Positions 9,831 to 18,347 of a stretch of DNA of 64,000 nucleotides are shown one piece after another; the stretch's first letter is position 1; each line of letters starts with the position of its first letter. Source of the stretch: a virus. A program made the position numbers and the translations under genes. Below the pieces are notes generated by a model. The model saw nothing but the letters and a program-made list of their open reading frames with translations. It searched no databases and was not told where the DNA came from. The stretch covers positions 32,001 to 96,000 of IMG/VR virus record IMGVR_UViG_3300012943_000031. One strand, 5' to 3'.

Positions 9831-11885
9831 ATGGAAAATTACAGCTATCACGTACCGTTTTACGTAGTTACAGGTGGAATTGCCACAGCAGGACATTCTG
9901 CTGATTTAACTGGTGGTAAGGTGGGTCTATATGATAGATCAACTTTCTCTGTAGCAACGTCTATTGGAACTGGCAAGGAGTTATTCTTTGCACAGGGAGC
10001 AATAGGTGGTTTTGACTGGTACGGCCAGCCCATAACAGAGTCTCACAAATCACCTTTCTTCTTCGGAAAGGATGTAGAGAGAATGCGTTTATCTCTTCCA
10101 CAGAGAGTACGTAATGAAGAGTGGGTAATCGGTTACAATGGTTCTCCTTCTTCAGTAAGCCTGAAATATGTAAAGGGTGAAAGTATCCGTCTTAAATTCT
10201 ACTTCCACGGAGAAGTAGCATACCGTTTCTTCAACGGGCCAAAAGAGTATGTAGTATCATATACTCCAAAAGAAGATTGTACTACTCCTTGTGAGGCAGG
10301 TGACTGTCCAGAGGGTATTACAGACTGTGAAGTTCACACAAAGAACTTTATAGATTTAATTAATAATCACACTGAACTGAAGAAATTTGGTGTAACAGCT
10401 AAGTATGTTCATGCTGACTTTTCAGAAGCATCAACAACTATGACAAAATGGTGCTTAACTGTGTGTGACAATGGAACAGGAGTTGATTTACTTGCTGTAC
10501 AGGCTCAAGCTCCAACAGGAGTTGTAGTAACTCGTACAGAAAGAGTAGGTTCATTATCTACATATCAATTCTGTCAATCTGATGACGAAGCTAACCCTTC
10601 AGCATTTACTCAAACATCATCTGTTTTACAGGCAGTTTGTGGTGAATGTCCAGCAGATTCATTCTTGATTCCAGCTAAAGATGTGTATATTGTTAAACGT
10701 CCAATTGTTGGTGGTGAGGATTTCTCTACTGCTGCAACACGTGATGCTTATGCAAATGCCATCTGGACAGCTTATGCTTCTCAGGAATCAGTAACAACAA
10801 CTACATCAACTACCTCAACAACAACAGCTTCTGGTAGCTTAACTAACCCTGATGCTACATTCGTAGGACAGGATGGTTCACTAGCTATTGTGAAACTGAA
10901 ATTTGAAGAAGGTACAGTATTAGACCCAGTAATTGGTACTGACACAATAGAATTCTCTCACACTGAACAAGCTGTGTGTGTATTCGAAACTCCAGCATCT
11001 ATTGCATGGACTAGTTGTGGTACAGGTATTTCTTCATCTCGTACACTGAGATTAAAGAACATCAACCGTCCTGATTGTGATCCTGATGCTGATAGAATTG
11101 ATGACATTGCTGCTACATTAGCAGGTGTTAAAGGTATTGACATTGAATCACTTACTCTTGTAGAAGGTGATGCATGTATGGATGACTATACTGTAGAACA
11201 AAATTCACTAGATTGCCTAGATGAAGGATGTTTAACATCTAATGTAACATTCACTTACGACAAATTACCAGCATTTGAAAACAGTGCATGGGAAGTTGTT
11301 CCTGAGGATGTTGAGGAAGATGAAACAAGAAAATGTGGTATTCGTGTAACTGCTGGTTATGTTGACCCACGTTTCGGTGATTGTTCATTCAATCCTATGG
11401 ACTACTACAACGTAGAACCAGTGAAAATGGAAATCTCATTACTTGGTGAAGACTGGGATAGATGTGATTTTGCAGATGCTCCAACTGTAGCACAGTCTCA
11501 AATTGGGCAGATTTCAAGACAATCTGGTGAATATGTGATAAGAGAAGTTATCATGAAAACTGAAGCTTACCTGAAACACATTGACCAATTCTCTCCTGAA
11601 CCTCGTATGAGAGAAGCATTTGACATGAATTTACTGAATATGGTTGACAGAAAAGCCTTCTACAAACTATACTACGTTAGATTCAAATCATCTTATGGTA
11701 ACTTCCAGTTCCGTAAGAACGAACAAGAGAAATTCACTGCTGTATTTGCCTTCAAAGAAGGAGATGCTAGTGCTCAATTGTTCGAGTCTCAAATACTAGA
11801 TGTACTGACACTGAAATCAGGTGTTCTTCTTGAAGTAGAAGAAGCCAATGTAGGTGGAACATCAGGTATGCAAGGAATAGGTTAA
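9831..11885 (+). CDS. Virion structural protein (possible auxiliary capsid protein), Cys-rich with Thr/Ser linker
   Basis: 684 aa; synteny; highly expressed codon style; followed by a terminator. Confidence 0.55.
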   Translation: MENYSYHVPFYVVTGGIATAGHSADLTGGKVGLYDRSTFSVATSIGTGKELFFAQGAIGGFDWYGQPITESHKSPFFFGKDVERMRLSLPQRVRNEEWVIGYNGSPSSVSLKYVKGESIRLKFYFHGEVAYRFFNGPKEYVVSYTPKEDCTTPCEAGDCPEGITDCEVHTKNFIDLINNHTELKKFGVTAKYVHADFSEASTTMTKWCLTVCDNGTGVDLLAVQAQAPTGVVVTRTERVGSLSTYQFCQSDDEANPSAFTQTSSVLQAVCGECPADSFLIPAKDVYIVKRPIVGGEDFSTAATRDAYANAIWTAYASQESVTTTTSTTSTTTASGSLTNPDATFVGQDGSLAIVKLKFEEGTVLDPVIGTDTIEFSHTEQAVCVFETPASIAWTSCGTGISSSRTLRLKNINRPDCDPDADRIDDIAATLAGVKGIDIESLTLVEGDACMDDYTVEQNSLDCLDEGCLTSNVTFTYDKLPAFENSAWEVVPEDVEEDETRKCGIRVTAGYVDPRFGDCSFNPMDYYNVEPVKMEISLLGEDWDRCDFADAPTVAQSQIGQISRQSGEYVIREVIMKTEAYLKHIDQFSPEPRMREAFDMNLLNMVDRKAFYKLYYVRFKSSYGNFQFRKNEQEKFTAVFAFKEGDASAQLFESQILDVLTLKSGVLLEVEEANVGGTSGMQGIG

Positions 11886-11905
11886 TCCTAAATATTAAAA
11901 ATAAG

Positions 11906-11942
11906 AAAAAGCTGGTAGGCAGATATTGTCTGCCAGCTTTTT
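11906..11942 (+). terminator. Intrinsic terminator ending head operon
   Basis: AAAAAGCTGGTAGGCA-gatat-TGTCTGCCAGCTTTTT. Confidence 0.85.
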
Positions 11943-11997
11943 GTTTTTAACGTATACAATTATTTTAATTTATCACATTTTTTAACTATCTTATACT

Positions 11998-12543
11998 GTG
12001 GCTAAACATGACTTATCATTAGAAGTATCTGATTCTTGCAACCCAAAGGTTCTAAGAATATATGACACTTCACGTTATACTGAGGAAACAGTAGAAAACT
12101 ATCTTGTAGAGGTACTACCTCCACAGAAATCTGCTTTTGTACCATTCTATGTACAGAAGGGATTTAGTATTGCTACCAACTCCTCTTCCCTAAAGTATAG
12201 AATTGTAAATGATGTGGATGAACTACGTAATCTGCCAGATGGCATATATGAGATAAAACAGTCATACAAACCTAATCTCCAGACAATTGTAATCTTTTAC
12301 CACCTACGTACAGTAGAGTTACGTCTTAAGATTAAAGCTGAATGGAACAAACTTCTTAAGGACGAATGTAAACTTTCTCGTGAAGAGTTCTTTAAAAACA
12401 GGGACAAACTAAGAGAAATTGATGAATATGCAGCAGCAGCTAAATATTCCGTTGAAGAGTGTCATGATAAGAAGAATGGTAAGGAAATGTATGAGTGGGC
12501 TTTAAAACTATTAGAACAATATAGCAATGAGTGCAAGTGTTAA
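11998..12543 (+). CDS. Hypothetical virion-associated protein
   Basis: 181-aa ORF with GTG start in the structural region. Confidence 0.6.
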   Translation: MAKHDLSLEVSDSCNPKVLRIYDTSRYTEETVENYLVEVLPPQKSAFVPFYVQKGFSIATNSSSLKYRIVNDVDELRNLPDGIYEIKQSYKPNLQTIVIFYHLRTVELRLKIKAEWNKLLKDECKLSREEFFKNRDKLREIDEYAAAAKYSVEECHDKKNGKEMYEWALKLLEQYSNECKC

Positions 12544-12706
12544 ATGTAAGTTTGCCGATCTTAAGTATGAACAACTTCTGAGTGAGAAGTATTTCGTAGA
12601 AACCTGCTTTTCTAAAAAATATGAGTCTTATACATCTAAACAGAAACTGAGAGATTGGTACATGCAGATAAAGATGGATGGATGTGTAAAACCCCCCAAT
12701 TGTTAA
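12527..12706 (+). CDS. Small hypothetical protein (59 aa, not in ORF track)
   Basis: ATG12527..TAA12706, MSASVKCKFADLKYEQLL...GCVKPPNC; fills the gap between neighbouring genes. Confidence 0.6.
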   Translation: MSASVKCKFADLKYEQLLSEKYFVETCFSKKYESYTSKQKLRDWYMQIKMDGCVKPPNC

Positions 12707-12709
12707 TAA

Positions 12710-13978
12710 ATGAAAAAAGTACAACACTGTGAGACTGAAAACTGTATCCCTACTCTAACATCATGTGTAGAGTGGAATGGAGGCTCTATTGAGTTTCTTG
12801 GGATATGCAACGGTGACTCACTAAACAATTTGGTTTGGGAGATTATTACCAAATTACAGGATATTGCAGGTGATGATTTATCCCAATTTGATATTGATAC
12901 ACTATTGGATATTTGTAATCAACAAGCTCCAACAGAGGTAACAATCATTTCCATTCTTAACTTAATAAAGAATAATCAGGTTTGTTTAAAGGATTACATT
13001 GATACTCTCAATGAAAAATTAAACGAACTATTTAATAATACTGGAGTAACAGTTAACTTAAAATGTTACTCACAATTTGACAATCTGGGTAACGCACTCT
13101 CTATAACTAGGGATCAGTTAGACCAGCTTGTAATAGACAACTTATGTAATCATAAACTACGTATAGAAACCCTTGAGGGTAAGGTAGTTAGCTTACAAAG
13201 TCAAATAGACAATATCAATAGTAATGTTACAGTTGATGAATTGTCATTCGGAACTTGTGTTAATCCAGCTTCATTACCTACATCTACACAGGTCATCAAT
13301 CTAGCAAATGCTCATTGTGATCTTGAAGATGCTACAGGTGATAGTAGTGACATTGCTTCAGCATTAGGTAATACACCTACTGATCTGAATGCAGAGTTTG
13401 GGTTGATAACAGGTTGGATATTAGCTCCCCAGAACTGGGCAGATAATTATAATAACTTACTACTTGAGGTAGAAAACTTACGTCAACGTATTATCTTCAT
13501 GGAAGAAAACTGTTGTGCATCTACTTGTGATGATGTTGGAATTGGATTCAGCGTTGTTTACAATGAGGATGGTGATGGTATTATCTTACGTTTCACATCT
13601 GGTGCAGGTACATCAATTCCTACTGGATTTGAAGATTTAGGTTCTACTGGTATTGTAACAGACATCAATGGTGATACAGTTGAGTTCAACTTAGCTATTG
13701 AGAATAATGCTGAAGTAGAGGTAATTGTTAGCTCACTTGATTTAACAGGTGATCTGAATGTAAGTGTAACAGGTAGAATTGGAACAGAAGCTCTGACATG
13801 TGAGAAATGTTTCGGTAGAGTAATCAAATCTAACAGTCGTTGTGCATTATGTACAATCACTAATAATGGTGATACTGACATAGTATTAATTTACGATGAT
13901 GCTAATAGATTGATTGTCAATCCAATAATACCGACAACTACTACATCAACAACTACAACTACTACAACAGGAGTTTAA
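12710..13978 (+). CDS. Cys-rich virion/fiber-like protein with coiled coils and poly-Thr tail
   Basis: CVEWNG motif, heptad repeats, C-terminal TTTTSTTTTTTTGV. Confidence 0.6.
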   Translation: MKKVQHCETENCIPTLTSCVEWNGGSIEFLGICNGDSLNNLVWEIITKLQDIAGDDLSQFDIDTLLDICNQQAPTEVTIISILNLIKNNQVCLKDYIDTLNEKLNELFNNTGVTVNLKCYSQFDNLGNALSITRDQLDQLVIDNLCNHKLRIETLEGKVVSLQSQIDNINSNVTVDELSFGTCVNPASLPTSTQVINLANAHCDLEDATGDSSDIASALGNTPTDLNAEFGLITGWILAPQNWADNYNNLLLEVENLRQRIIFMEENCCASTCDDVGIGFSVVYNEDGDGIILRFTSGAGTSIPTGFEDLGSTGIVTDINGDTVEFNLAIENNAEVEVIVSSLDLTGDLNVSVTGRIGTEALTCEKCFGRVIKSNSRCALCTITNNGDTDIVLIYDDANRLIVNPIIPTTTTSTTTTTTTGV

Positions 13979-13988
13979 AACTAATAAA

Positions 13989-14543
13989 ATGGCAACAGTA
14001 AATTACGATGGTATAAATACTATAGTGTTAAGACCGGGAGAGAGTGTATCAATCCCGGCTAACATTAAGATTACTGGTATAATTGGTAGTAATTTTACTA
14101 CAGATTGTAGTAATCTACCTGATCCAGAACAGTATCAATGTTACTATATGGGTTGGGGTTATTCAGCTACATCAGGAGATGATGCTGCATTAGAAAATGA
14201 TGCAGGTGTAACACTAGACTGGATTTCCGTAGGTGGTACACAATACAATATCAACCAATCTATTACAACAGATGCAGCTACTGTAAAAGGTTACATAGAA
14301 GCAGGGGTTCCACAAGCACTATTTAAAGTGTACTCTATGGCTAAAGATATATTTAGCAGAAGAGAGGAGTTTTTAGTTAAATTTAAAACAACTGCTACAC
14401 TTGTACCTACTATCAGAATGCATATCACAGGTCTATCATTCCCTGATGGTTTAATCCTAGTTCCTATTCAGGACAGTGATTGTAACTGTTTCTCAGGACA
14501 TGATGAAAATATCTGTGATCCTACTGAAGATGGTGACGAATAA
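13989..14543 (+). CDS. Hypothetical virion-associated protein
   Basis: 184-aa beta-rich ORF in operon. Confidence 0.6.
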   Translation: MATVNYDGINTIVLRPGESVSIPANIKITGIIGSNFTTDCSNLPDPEQYQCYYMGWGYSATSGDDAALENDAGVTLDWISVGGTQYNINQSITTDAATVKGYIEAGVPQALFKVYSMAKDIFSRREEFLVKFKTTATLVPTIRMHITGLSFPDGLILVPIQDSDCNCFSGHDENICDPTEDGDE

Positions 14544-14568
14544 TTAATAACTAATAAAAATACTTACA

Positions 14569-15675
14569 ATGGCTTGTAACGAACAAAATCCATGCAATCA
14601 AGACCCATGCCCAGATTTATATGACAACTGTGGCTGTGTTAATCCAAATACGTTTGGATGTACTACCTATACAGGGACATCATTAGAATGTCTTGATATA
14701 GACAATGGTACAAATGGGGATGATGTATTGGGTAAAATTGAAGAGGCTGTATGTGACCTTCAGGAGAACAAAGGTAAAGTTCTTATTGATGGCACAGATA
14801 CATGTCCTGAATACCTATTTGATAAACTAGAAGAAGGTACTAATATCTCTTTCAATATCACTGGAACAGGATGTGATAGAAAATTAGTTATTAATGCAGT
14901 AGAAGGTGGTGAACCAGTAGATGTTAATGTAAAAATTACATCTAATGACACAACTTCTGGATACCTTGACCAAAAGATTCAGACAGGTACATACTTAACT
15001 AAATCTGTAGTTTCTCCTACAGCTAATGAAAAACTAAGATTAGACGTAAATGTAGCATCTTTAGTATCTGGAGATTCAGGTAACCAATTAACAATTGGAG
15101 GTGATGGTGGTCTTAAGACTTTATATACTGCACCTGATGGAAGTGAAACTAAGGTTATGCAGGGTACAGGAACTACTGTAACAGGTACTGGTACTGTAAG
15201 TGATCCTTACATAGTATCTACTAACCCGACTATCCAAGTAGCACGTCCATGTTTTGATGGAGTATGGAGAAACATAACATTGGCCCTAACAGGTAATGTG
15301 AATGTTGTTTATGCATCAGGAACACCTCAGTTCAGGTATCGTTTTGATGGTACTATTGAGTTTAGAGGTTCAATTACCTACACAGTTGATTTCGGAGCAT
15401 ACACTACTGCTAACAGAAAATACACCATCCCTATGGGAAGTATTGCTGTAACATGTGTAACTGCTGGTGAATTAATTGGCACAAAAGACTTAAAAGGAAT
15501 AAATTATATAGATGTACCACAGGCTGGTGCTGACCAATATACACAAATGTATGGATACATACTACGTATGTCAGCACAGAACTTAACTTTAGAGTTCCAG
15601 TCTTCGTTTATTAACAGTACATCAAAATCTATAGTGGTTAATTTGGAAGGAGCAGTAGTTCATCCAAATATATAA
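14569..15675 (+). CDS. Putative tail fiber-like protein
   Basis: Cys-rich N-terminus, repeated D..GYL.K units, GTGT..DPY motif, C-terminal beta domain (PQFRYRFDGTIEFRGSI). Confidence 0.55.
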   Translation: MACNEQNPCNQDPCPDLYDNCGCVNPNTFGCTTYTGTSLECLDIDNGTNGDDVLGKIEEAVCDLQENKGKVLIDGTDTCPEYLFDKLEEGTNISFNITGTGCDRKLVINAVEGGEPVDVNVKITSNDTTSGYLDQKIQTGTYLTKSVVSPTANEKLRLDVNVASLVSGDSGNQLTIGGDGGLKTLYTAPDGSETKVMQGTGTTVTGTGTVSDPYIVSTNPTIQVARPCFDGVWRNITLALTGNVNVVYASGTPQFRYRFDGTIEFRGSITYTVDFGAYTTANRKYTIPMGSIAVTCVTAGELIGTKDLKGINYIDVPQAGADQYTQMYGYILRMSAQNLTLEFQSSFINSTSKSIVVNLEGAVVHPNI

Positions 15676-15720
15676 TAACTATTGAAAACCTCGGTTGTTG
15701 GTTCTCCGAGAACAGTTTAT

Positions 15721-15744
15721 AGGGCCATCTCTATGGCCCTTTTT
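15721..15744 (+). terminator. Intrinsic terminator
   Basis: AGGGCCAT-ctct-ATGGCCCT-TTTT. Confidence 0.8.
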
Positions 15745-15782
15745 ATCTGGCACAATTTTTGAACATTATAAATATAAAAGCT

Positions 15783-15830
15783 ATGACAATCTTAAAAGGT
15801 GGAGGATGTGGATGTGGTGGAAAAAAATAA
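15783..15830 (+). CDS. Putative micro-peptide MTILKGGGCGCGGKK
   Basis: ATG with A-rich upstream context; GCGCGG motif; TAA stop. Confidence 0.35.
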   Translation: MTILKGGGCGCGGKK

Positions 15831-15852
15831 TTTCCCATTTTCACAAAATAAA

Positions 15853-15884
15853 TTTGGAATTTGCCAAATTACTTCGTATATTTG
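15853..15884 (+). promoter_or_regulatory. Bacteroidota sigma promoter P1 (tRNA operon 1)
   Basis: TTTG at 15853 and TATATTTG at 15877; matches -33/-7 consensus. Confidence 0.85.
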
Positions 15885-15888
15885 CATT

Positions 15889-15978
15889 ATGAATTTACAT
15901 CGTACACATACATGGTTTACTACTTGTCCCCAATGTCCATTTGGAGGAGAAGGGTGTTGTATGTGTGAAAATAAATAA
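15889..15978 (+). CDS. Attenuator leader peptide 1 (MNLHRTHTWFTTCPQCPFGGEGCCMCENK)
   Basis: Codons 4-18 encode only H,R(CGT),T,W,F,C,P,Q, the amino acids of the nine downstream tRNAs; contains antiterminator arm GAAGGGT. Confidence 0.85.
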   Translation: MNLHRTHTWFTTCPQCPFGGEGCCMCENK

Positions 15979-15998
15979 GTTTTTTCTTATTCATACTT

Positions 15999-16039
15999 AA
16001 AAACCCTTCAGTAATCCAATCACAACTGAAGGGTTTTTT
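15999..16039 (+). terminator. Attenuator terminator 1
   Basis: 14-bp stem AAAAACCCTTCAGT/ACTGAAGGGTTTTT plus U tract, just before tRNA-Pro. Confidence 0.9.
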
Positions 16040-16047
16040 CTTTTTAT

Positions 16048-16123
16048 CGGGTAGTGGGAGAATGGTTAGTCCACTATGTTTGGGGCATAGAAAATGTCAG
16101 TTCGAGTCTGATCTACCCGACCA
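16048..16123 (+). tRNA. trnP: tRNA-Pro(UGG)
   Basis: Cloverleaf; anticodon arm CTATG-TTTGGGG-CATAG; CCA encoded. Confidence 0.92.
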
Positions 16124-16129
16124 AATAAT

Positions 16130-16205
16130 GCCAGTGTAGCACAACAGGTAGTGCAGTACTCTTGTAAAGTAAAGGTTGCAAGTTCGATTCTTGTCACTGG
16201 CTCCA
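16130..16205 (+). tRNA. trnT: tRNA-Thr(UGU)
   Basis: GCCAGTG/CACTGGC acceptor; loop CTTGTAA; CCA. Confidence 0.92.
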
Positions 16206-16213
16206 AATTATAT

Positions 16214-16287
16214 GGCCGTATAGCCAAGTGGTAAGGCACATGTCTGCAAAACTTTGATCCCCAGTTCGAATCTGGGTACGGCTTCCA
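16214..16287 (+). tRNA. trnC: tRNA-Cys(GCA)
   Basis: GGCCGTA/TACGGCT acceptor; loop CTGCAAA; U73; weak anticodon stem. Confidence 0.85.
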
Positions 16288-16290
16288 TAT

Positions 16291-16365
16291 GGTGCACTAA
16301 CTCAATGGTAGAGTTCCTCCCTGAAAAGGAGGGTGTTCCCAGTTCAAGTCTGGGGTGTACCACCA
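16291..16365 (+). tRNA. trnF: tRNA-Phe(GAA)
   Basis: CCTCC-CTGAAAA-GGAGG; CCA. Confidence 0.92.
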
Positions 16366-16368
16366 CAT

Positions 16369-16439
16369 ACGGGTATGGTGAAATGGTATCATAACAGTCT
16401 CCAAAACTGCTGTTCAGGGTTCGAATCCTTGTACCCGTG
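16369..16439 (+). tRNA. trnW: tRNA-Trp(CCA)
   Basis: ACGGGTA/TACCCGT acceptor; CAGT-CTCCAAA-ACTG; G73. Confidence 0.9.
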
Positions 16440-16491
16440 CTTTTTCTTATTCCCACATTTCCCTGAGAAATCAAACTTGTGGGTTTCGTAT

Positions 16492-16565
16492 TGTCTCATG
16501 GTGTAATGGCAACATAAGAAGCTTTGACCTTCTTGTTTCAGGTTCGAGCCCTGATGGGACATCCA
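16492..16565 (+). tRNA. trnQ: tRNA-Gln(UUG)
   Basis: AGAAG-CTTTGAC-CTTCT; CCA. Confidence 0.92.
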
Positions 16566-16570
16566 AATAT

Positions 16571-16641
16571 TACCTTATAGTGTAATGGTAACACACCACT
16601 CTCTGAAAGTGTTGTTTAAGGTTCGAGTCCTTATAAGGTAA
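16571..16641 (+). tRNA. trnQ: tRNA-Gln(CUG)
   Basis: TACCTTA/TAAGGTA acceptor; loop CTCTGAA. Confidence 0.88.
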
Positions 16642-16643
16642 CT

Positions 16644-16717
16644 GTGACTATAGCTTAATGGTTTAGAGCCCTTGGTTGTGACCCAAGGTAGTGTCAGTTC
16701 GAATCTGATTAGTCACC
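16644..16717 (+). tRNA. trnH: tRNA-His(GUG)
   Basis: CTTGG-TTGTGAC-CCAAG; C73. Confidence 0.9.
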
Positions 16718-16722
16718 TAAAT

Positions 16723-16793
16723 GCCCTATTAGTATAATGGAAGTATCTGAGAATACGAATCTCAGGGTAGGAGTTCAAATCTTCTATAGGGTT
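16723..16793 (+). tRNA. trnR: tRNA-Arg(ACG)
   Basis: TGAGA-ATACGAA-TCTCA; GCCCTAT/ATAGGGT acceptor. Confidence 0.85.
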
Positions 16794-16820
16794 CTGGTAC
16801 ACTTCTTGCTATATGAAAGT

Positions 16821-16997
16821 ATGGTAATGAAAGGTAAAAATAAACTAGAAAGAATGGAATTACGTGCTGCTAAAAGATTTAACAGACGTTCTAAGAAAAT
16901 AAAATTCCATCTTACTAATGATTGGAGTTGGACATTTCCTATCCCTAAAGAGGGAATTCCAAAAATAGTTGAAGAAATATTTGGAAACGGCAAATAA
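16821..16997 (+). CDS. Small basic hypothetical protein
   Basis: 3' part of ORF 16737..16997 outside the tRNA; ATG at 16821 or 16827. Confidence 0.4.
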   Translation: MVMKGKNKLERMELRAAKRFNRRSKKIKFHLTNDWSWTFPIPKEGIPKIVEEIFGNGK

Positions 16998-17011
16998 ATG
17001 TCGTATCTTTG
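16980..17011 (+). promoter_or_regulatory. Bacteroidota sigma promoter P2 (tRNA operon 2)
   Basis: TTTG 16980 and TATCTTTG 17004, same spacing as P1. Confidence 0.85.
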
Positions 17012-17038
17012 TATTATAAAATTTAAAAGCAGCAAATA

Positions 17039-17113
17039 ATGTACTTAATAAATATGATAGTGGATAGAATTAATGGGGCAGAGAAATCTGGCTCTGGACT
17101 TCTATTGTCATAA
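17039..17113 (+). CDS. Attenuator leader peptide 2 (MYLINMIVDRINGAEKSGSGLLLS)
   Basis: Codons 4-16 (I,N,M,I,V,D,R-AGA,I,N,G,A,E,K) match operon-2 tRNAs; contains a 15-nt antiterminator arm. Confidence 0.85.
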   Translation: MYLINMIVDRINGAEKSGSGLLLS

Positions 17114-17140
17114 TCATAGTACTGATTACCAATATTTTAG

Positions 17141-17177
17141 AAGCCCAGAGCCTACGAAAGTTAGCTCTGGGTTTTTT
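17141..17177 (+). terminator. Attenuator terminator 2
   Basis: AAGCCCAGAGC...GCTCTGGGTTTTTT, 3 nt before tRNA-Lys. Confidence 0.9.
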
Positions 17178-17180
17178 AAT

Positions 17181-17253
17181 GCCCTTGTAGCAAACTGGTT
17201 GTAGGCAATAGTCTTTTAAACTATGGGGTCTGGTTCGATTCCAGACGGGGGTA
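17181..17253 (+). tRNA. trnK: tRNA-Lys(UUU)
   Basis: ATAGT-CTTTTAA-ACTAT; T arm TCTGG-TTCGATT-CCAGA. Confidence 0.88.
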
Positions 17254-17261
17254 CACAATAT

Positions 17262-17333
17262 GCAGGATTAATTCAATGGTAGAAATCCATCTTTACATGG
17301 TGGAAGCTGGGAGTTCGAGTCTCTCATCCTGTA
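17262..17333 (+). tRNA. trnV: tRNA-Val(UAC)
   Basis: CCATC-TTTACAT-GGTGG. Confidence 0.9.
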
Positions 17334-17339
17334 CAATAA

Positions 17340-17411
17340 CTCTCTATAGCACAATGGAAGTGTAACTGCCTTCTAAGCAGTTTGGTATAGGTTCGAATCC
17401 TATTAGAGAGT
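17340..17411 (+). tRNA. trnR: tRNA-Arg(UCU)
   Basis: ACTGC-CTTCTAA-GCAGT. Confidence 0.9.
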
Positions 17412-17456
17412 CAGGTCAGTTTTCCAATTCTGCGTGGAGTACAAAATTGGATATAT

Positions 17457-17528
17457 TCCTCATTAGCTCAATGGTAGAGCGCAAAGCTGTTAACTTTGGA
17501 GATTTAGGTTCGAGTCCTAAGTGGGGAG
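17457..17528 (+). tRNA. trnN: tRNA-Asn(GUU)
   Basis: CAAAG-CTGTTAA-CTTTG; G73. Confidence 0.92.
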
Positions 17529-17538
17529 CATAATTACA

Positions 17539-17613
17539 TGTAGGGTGGACTGGAGATGGTTCCAGCTTGGTCTCATAAGCCAAATGACAGGGGTTCGAAT
17601 CCCTTCCCTGCAT
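17539..17613 (+). tRNA. trnM: tRNA-Met(CAU), initiator-like
   Basis: TTGGT-CTCATAA-GCCAA; TGTAGGG/CCCTGCA acceptor; atypical D arm. Confidence 0.8.
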
Positions 17614-17619
17614 CTATAC

Positions 17620-17770
17620 TGTAAGGTGGTGAAATAGGCAGACACATCCACTTGTCTCGTGGACACAGATAAAGAAATAGATTAGGTATAATGGGGTTGA
17701 CCACTAATGTTTAACTTATTGTGTATCTAATTGAATCTCTGTATGAGTGGTTCAAATCCCTCCCTTACAG
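17620..17770 (+). ncRNA. tRNA-like RNA with ~80-nt variable region
   Basis: TGTAAGG/CCTTACA acceptor, class II-like D arm, TCCAC-TTGTCTC-GTGGA arm, long base-paired insert, GGTTCAAATCC T loop. Confidence 0.7.
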
Positions 17771-17776
17771 CAACAT

Positions 17777-17850
17777 TGCACATTAGCCAAGAGGTCTAAG
17801 GCATCACTCTCATAAGGTGACATTCATGAGTTCGAATCTCATATGTGCAA
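17777..17850 (+). tRNA. trnM: tRNA(CAU), elongator Met (or Ile2)
   Basis: TCACT-CTCATAA-GGTGA; TGCACAT/ATGTGCA acceptor. Confidence 0.88.
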
Positions 17851-17879
17851 CATTTGATAATTTTCCTTATATTTGTAAA

Positions 17880-18347
17880 ATGGAAAAGTATTTCAGAACA
17901 GAGCAAGGAGAAAGAGTAAATATAGTTGAACACACTTTGGAACAAATCCAGAAGTGGCCCAACCTAGAGATTTACATAGCAACAGACTCTCAAGACCAAG
18001 GTGGAAAGAGTAGATATGCTACAGTAATTGTCTACAGATATGGGAAAAGAGGTGCTCACTATATATACTTTAGAGAAGACGTACCACGTTGTAAGGACAT
18101 GTATACTCGTCTATATGATGAGGCTGTTCGTACAATTGATACAGCACAGTTAATAGACAGTGAGATACCTGTTAAGTTTGCCGGGTTAGAGTTTGACTAC
18201 AATAACCTACCAAGACATAACAGTAACAAATTACTCTCTTCTGTAAGAGGATGGGTAACAGGATTAAATTACAATGCTGTCTTCAAAGGTGATGAATTAG
18301 TAGCTGCAAAAGCTGCTGACCATGTTTGTAGACACAAGAATATATAA
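17880..18347 (+). CDS. RNase H-like YkuK/DUF458-family protein
   Basis: IYIATDSQ, YATVIV, RLYDEA, EFDYN, AAKAADH motifs; ATG17880 lies 4 nt after TATATTTG (17868). Confidence 0.8.
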   Translation: MEKYFRTEQGERVNIVEHTLEQIQKWPNLEIYIATDSQDQGGKSRYATVIVYRYGKRGAHYIYFREDVPRCKDMYTRLYDEAVRTIDTAQLIDSEIPVKFAGLEFDYNNLPRHNSNKLLSSVRGWVTGLNYNAVFKGDELVAAKAADHVCRHKNI

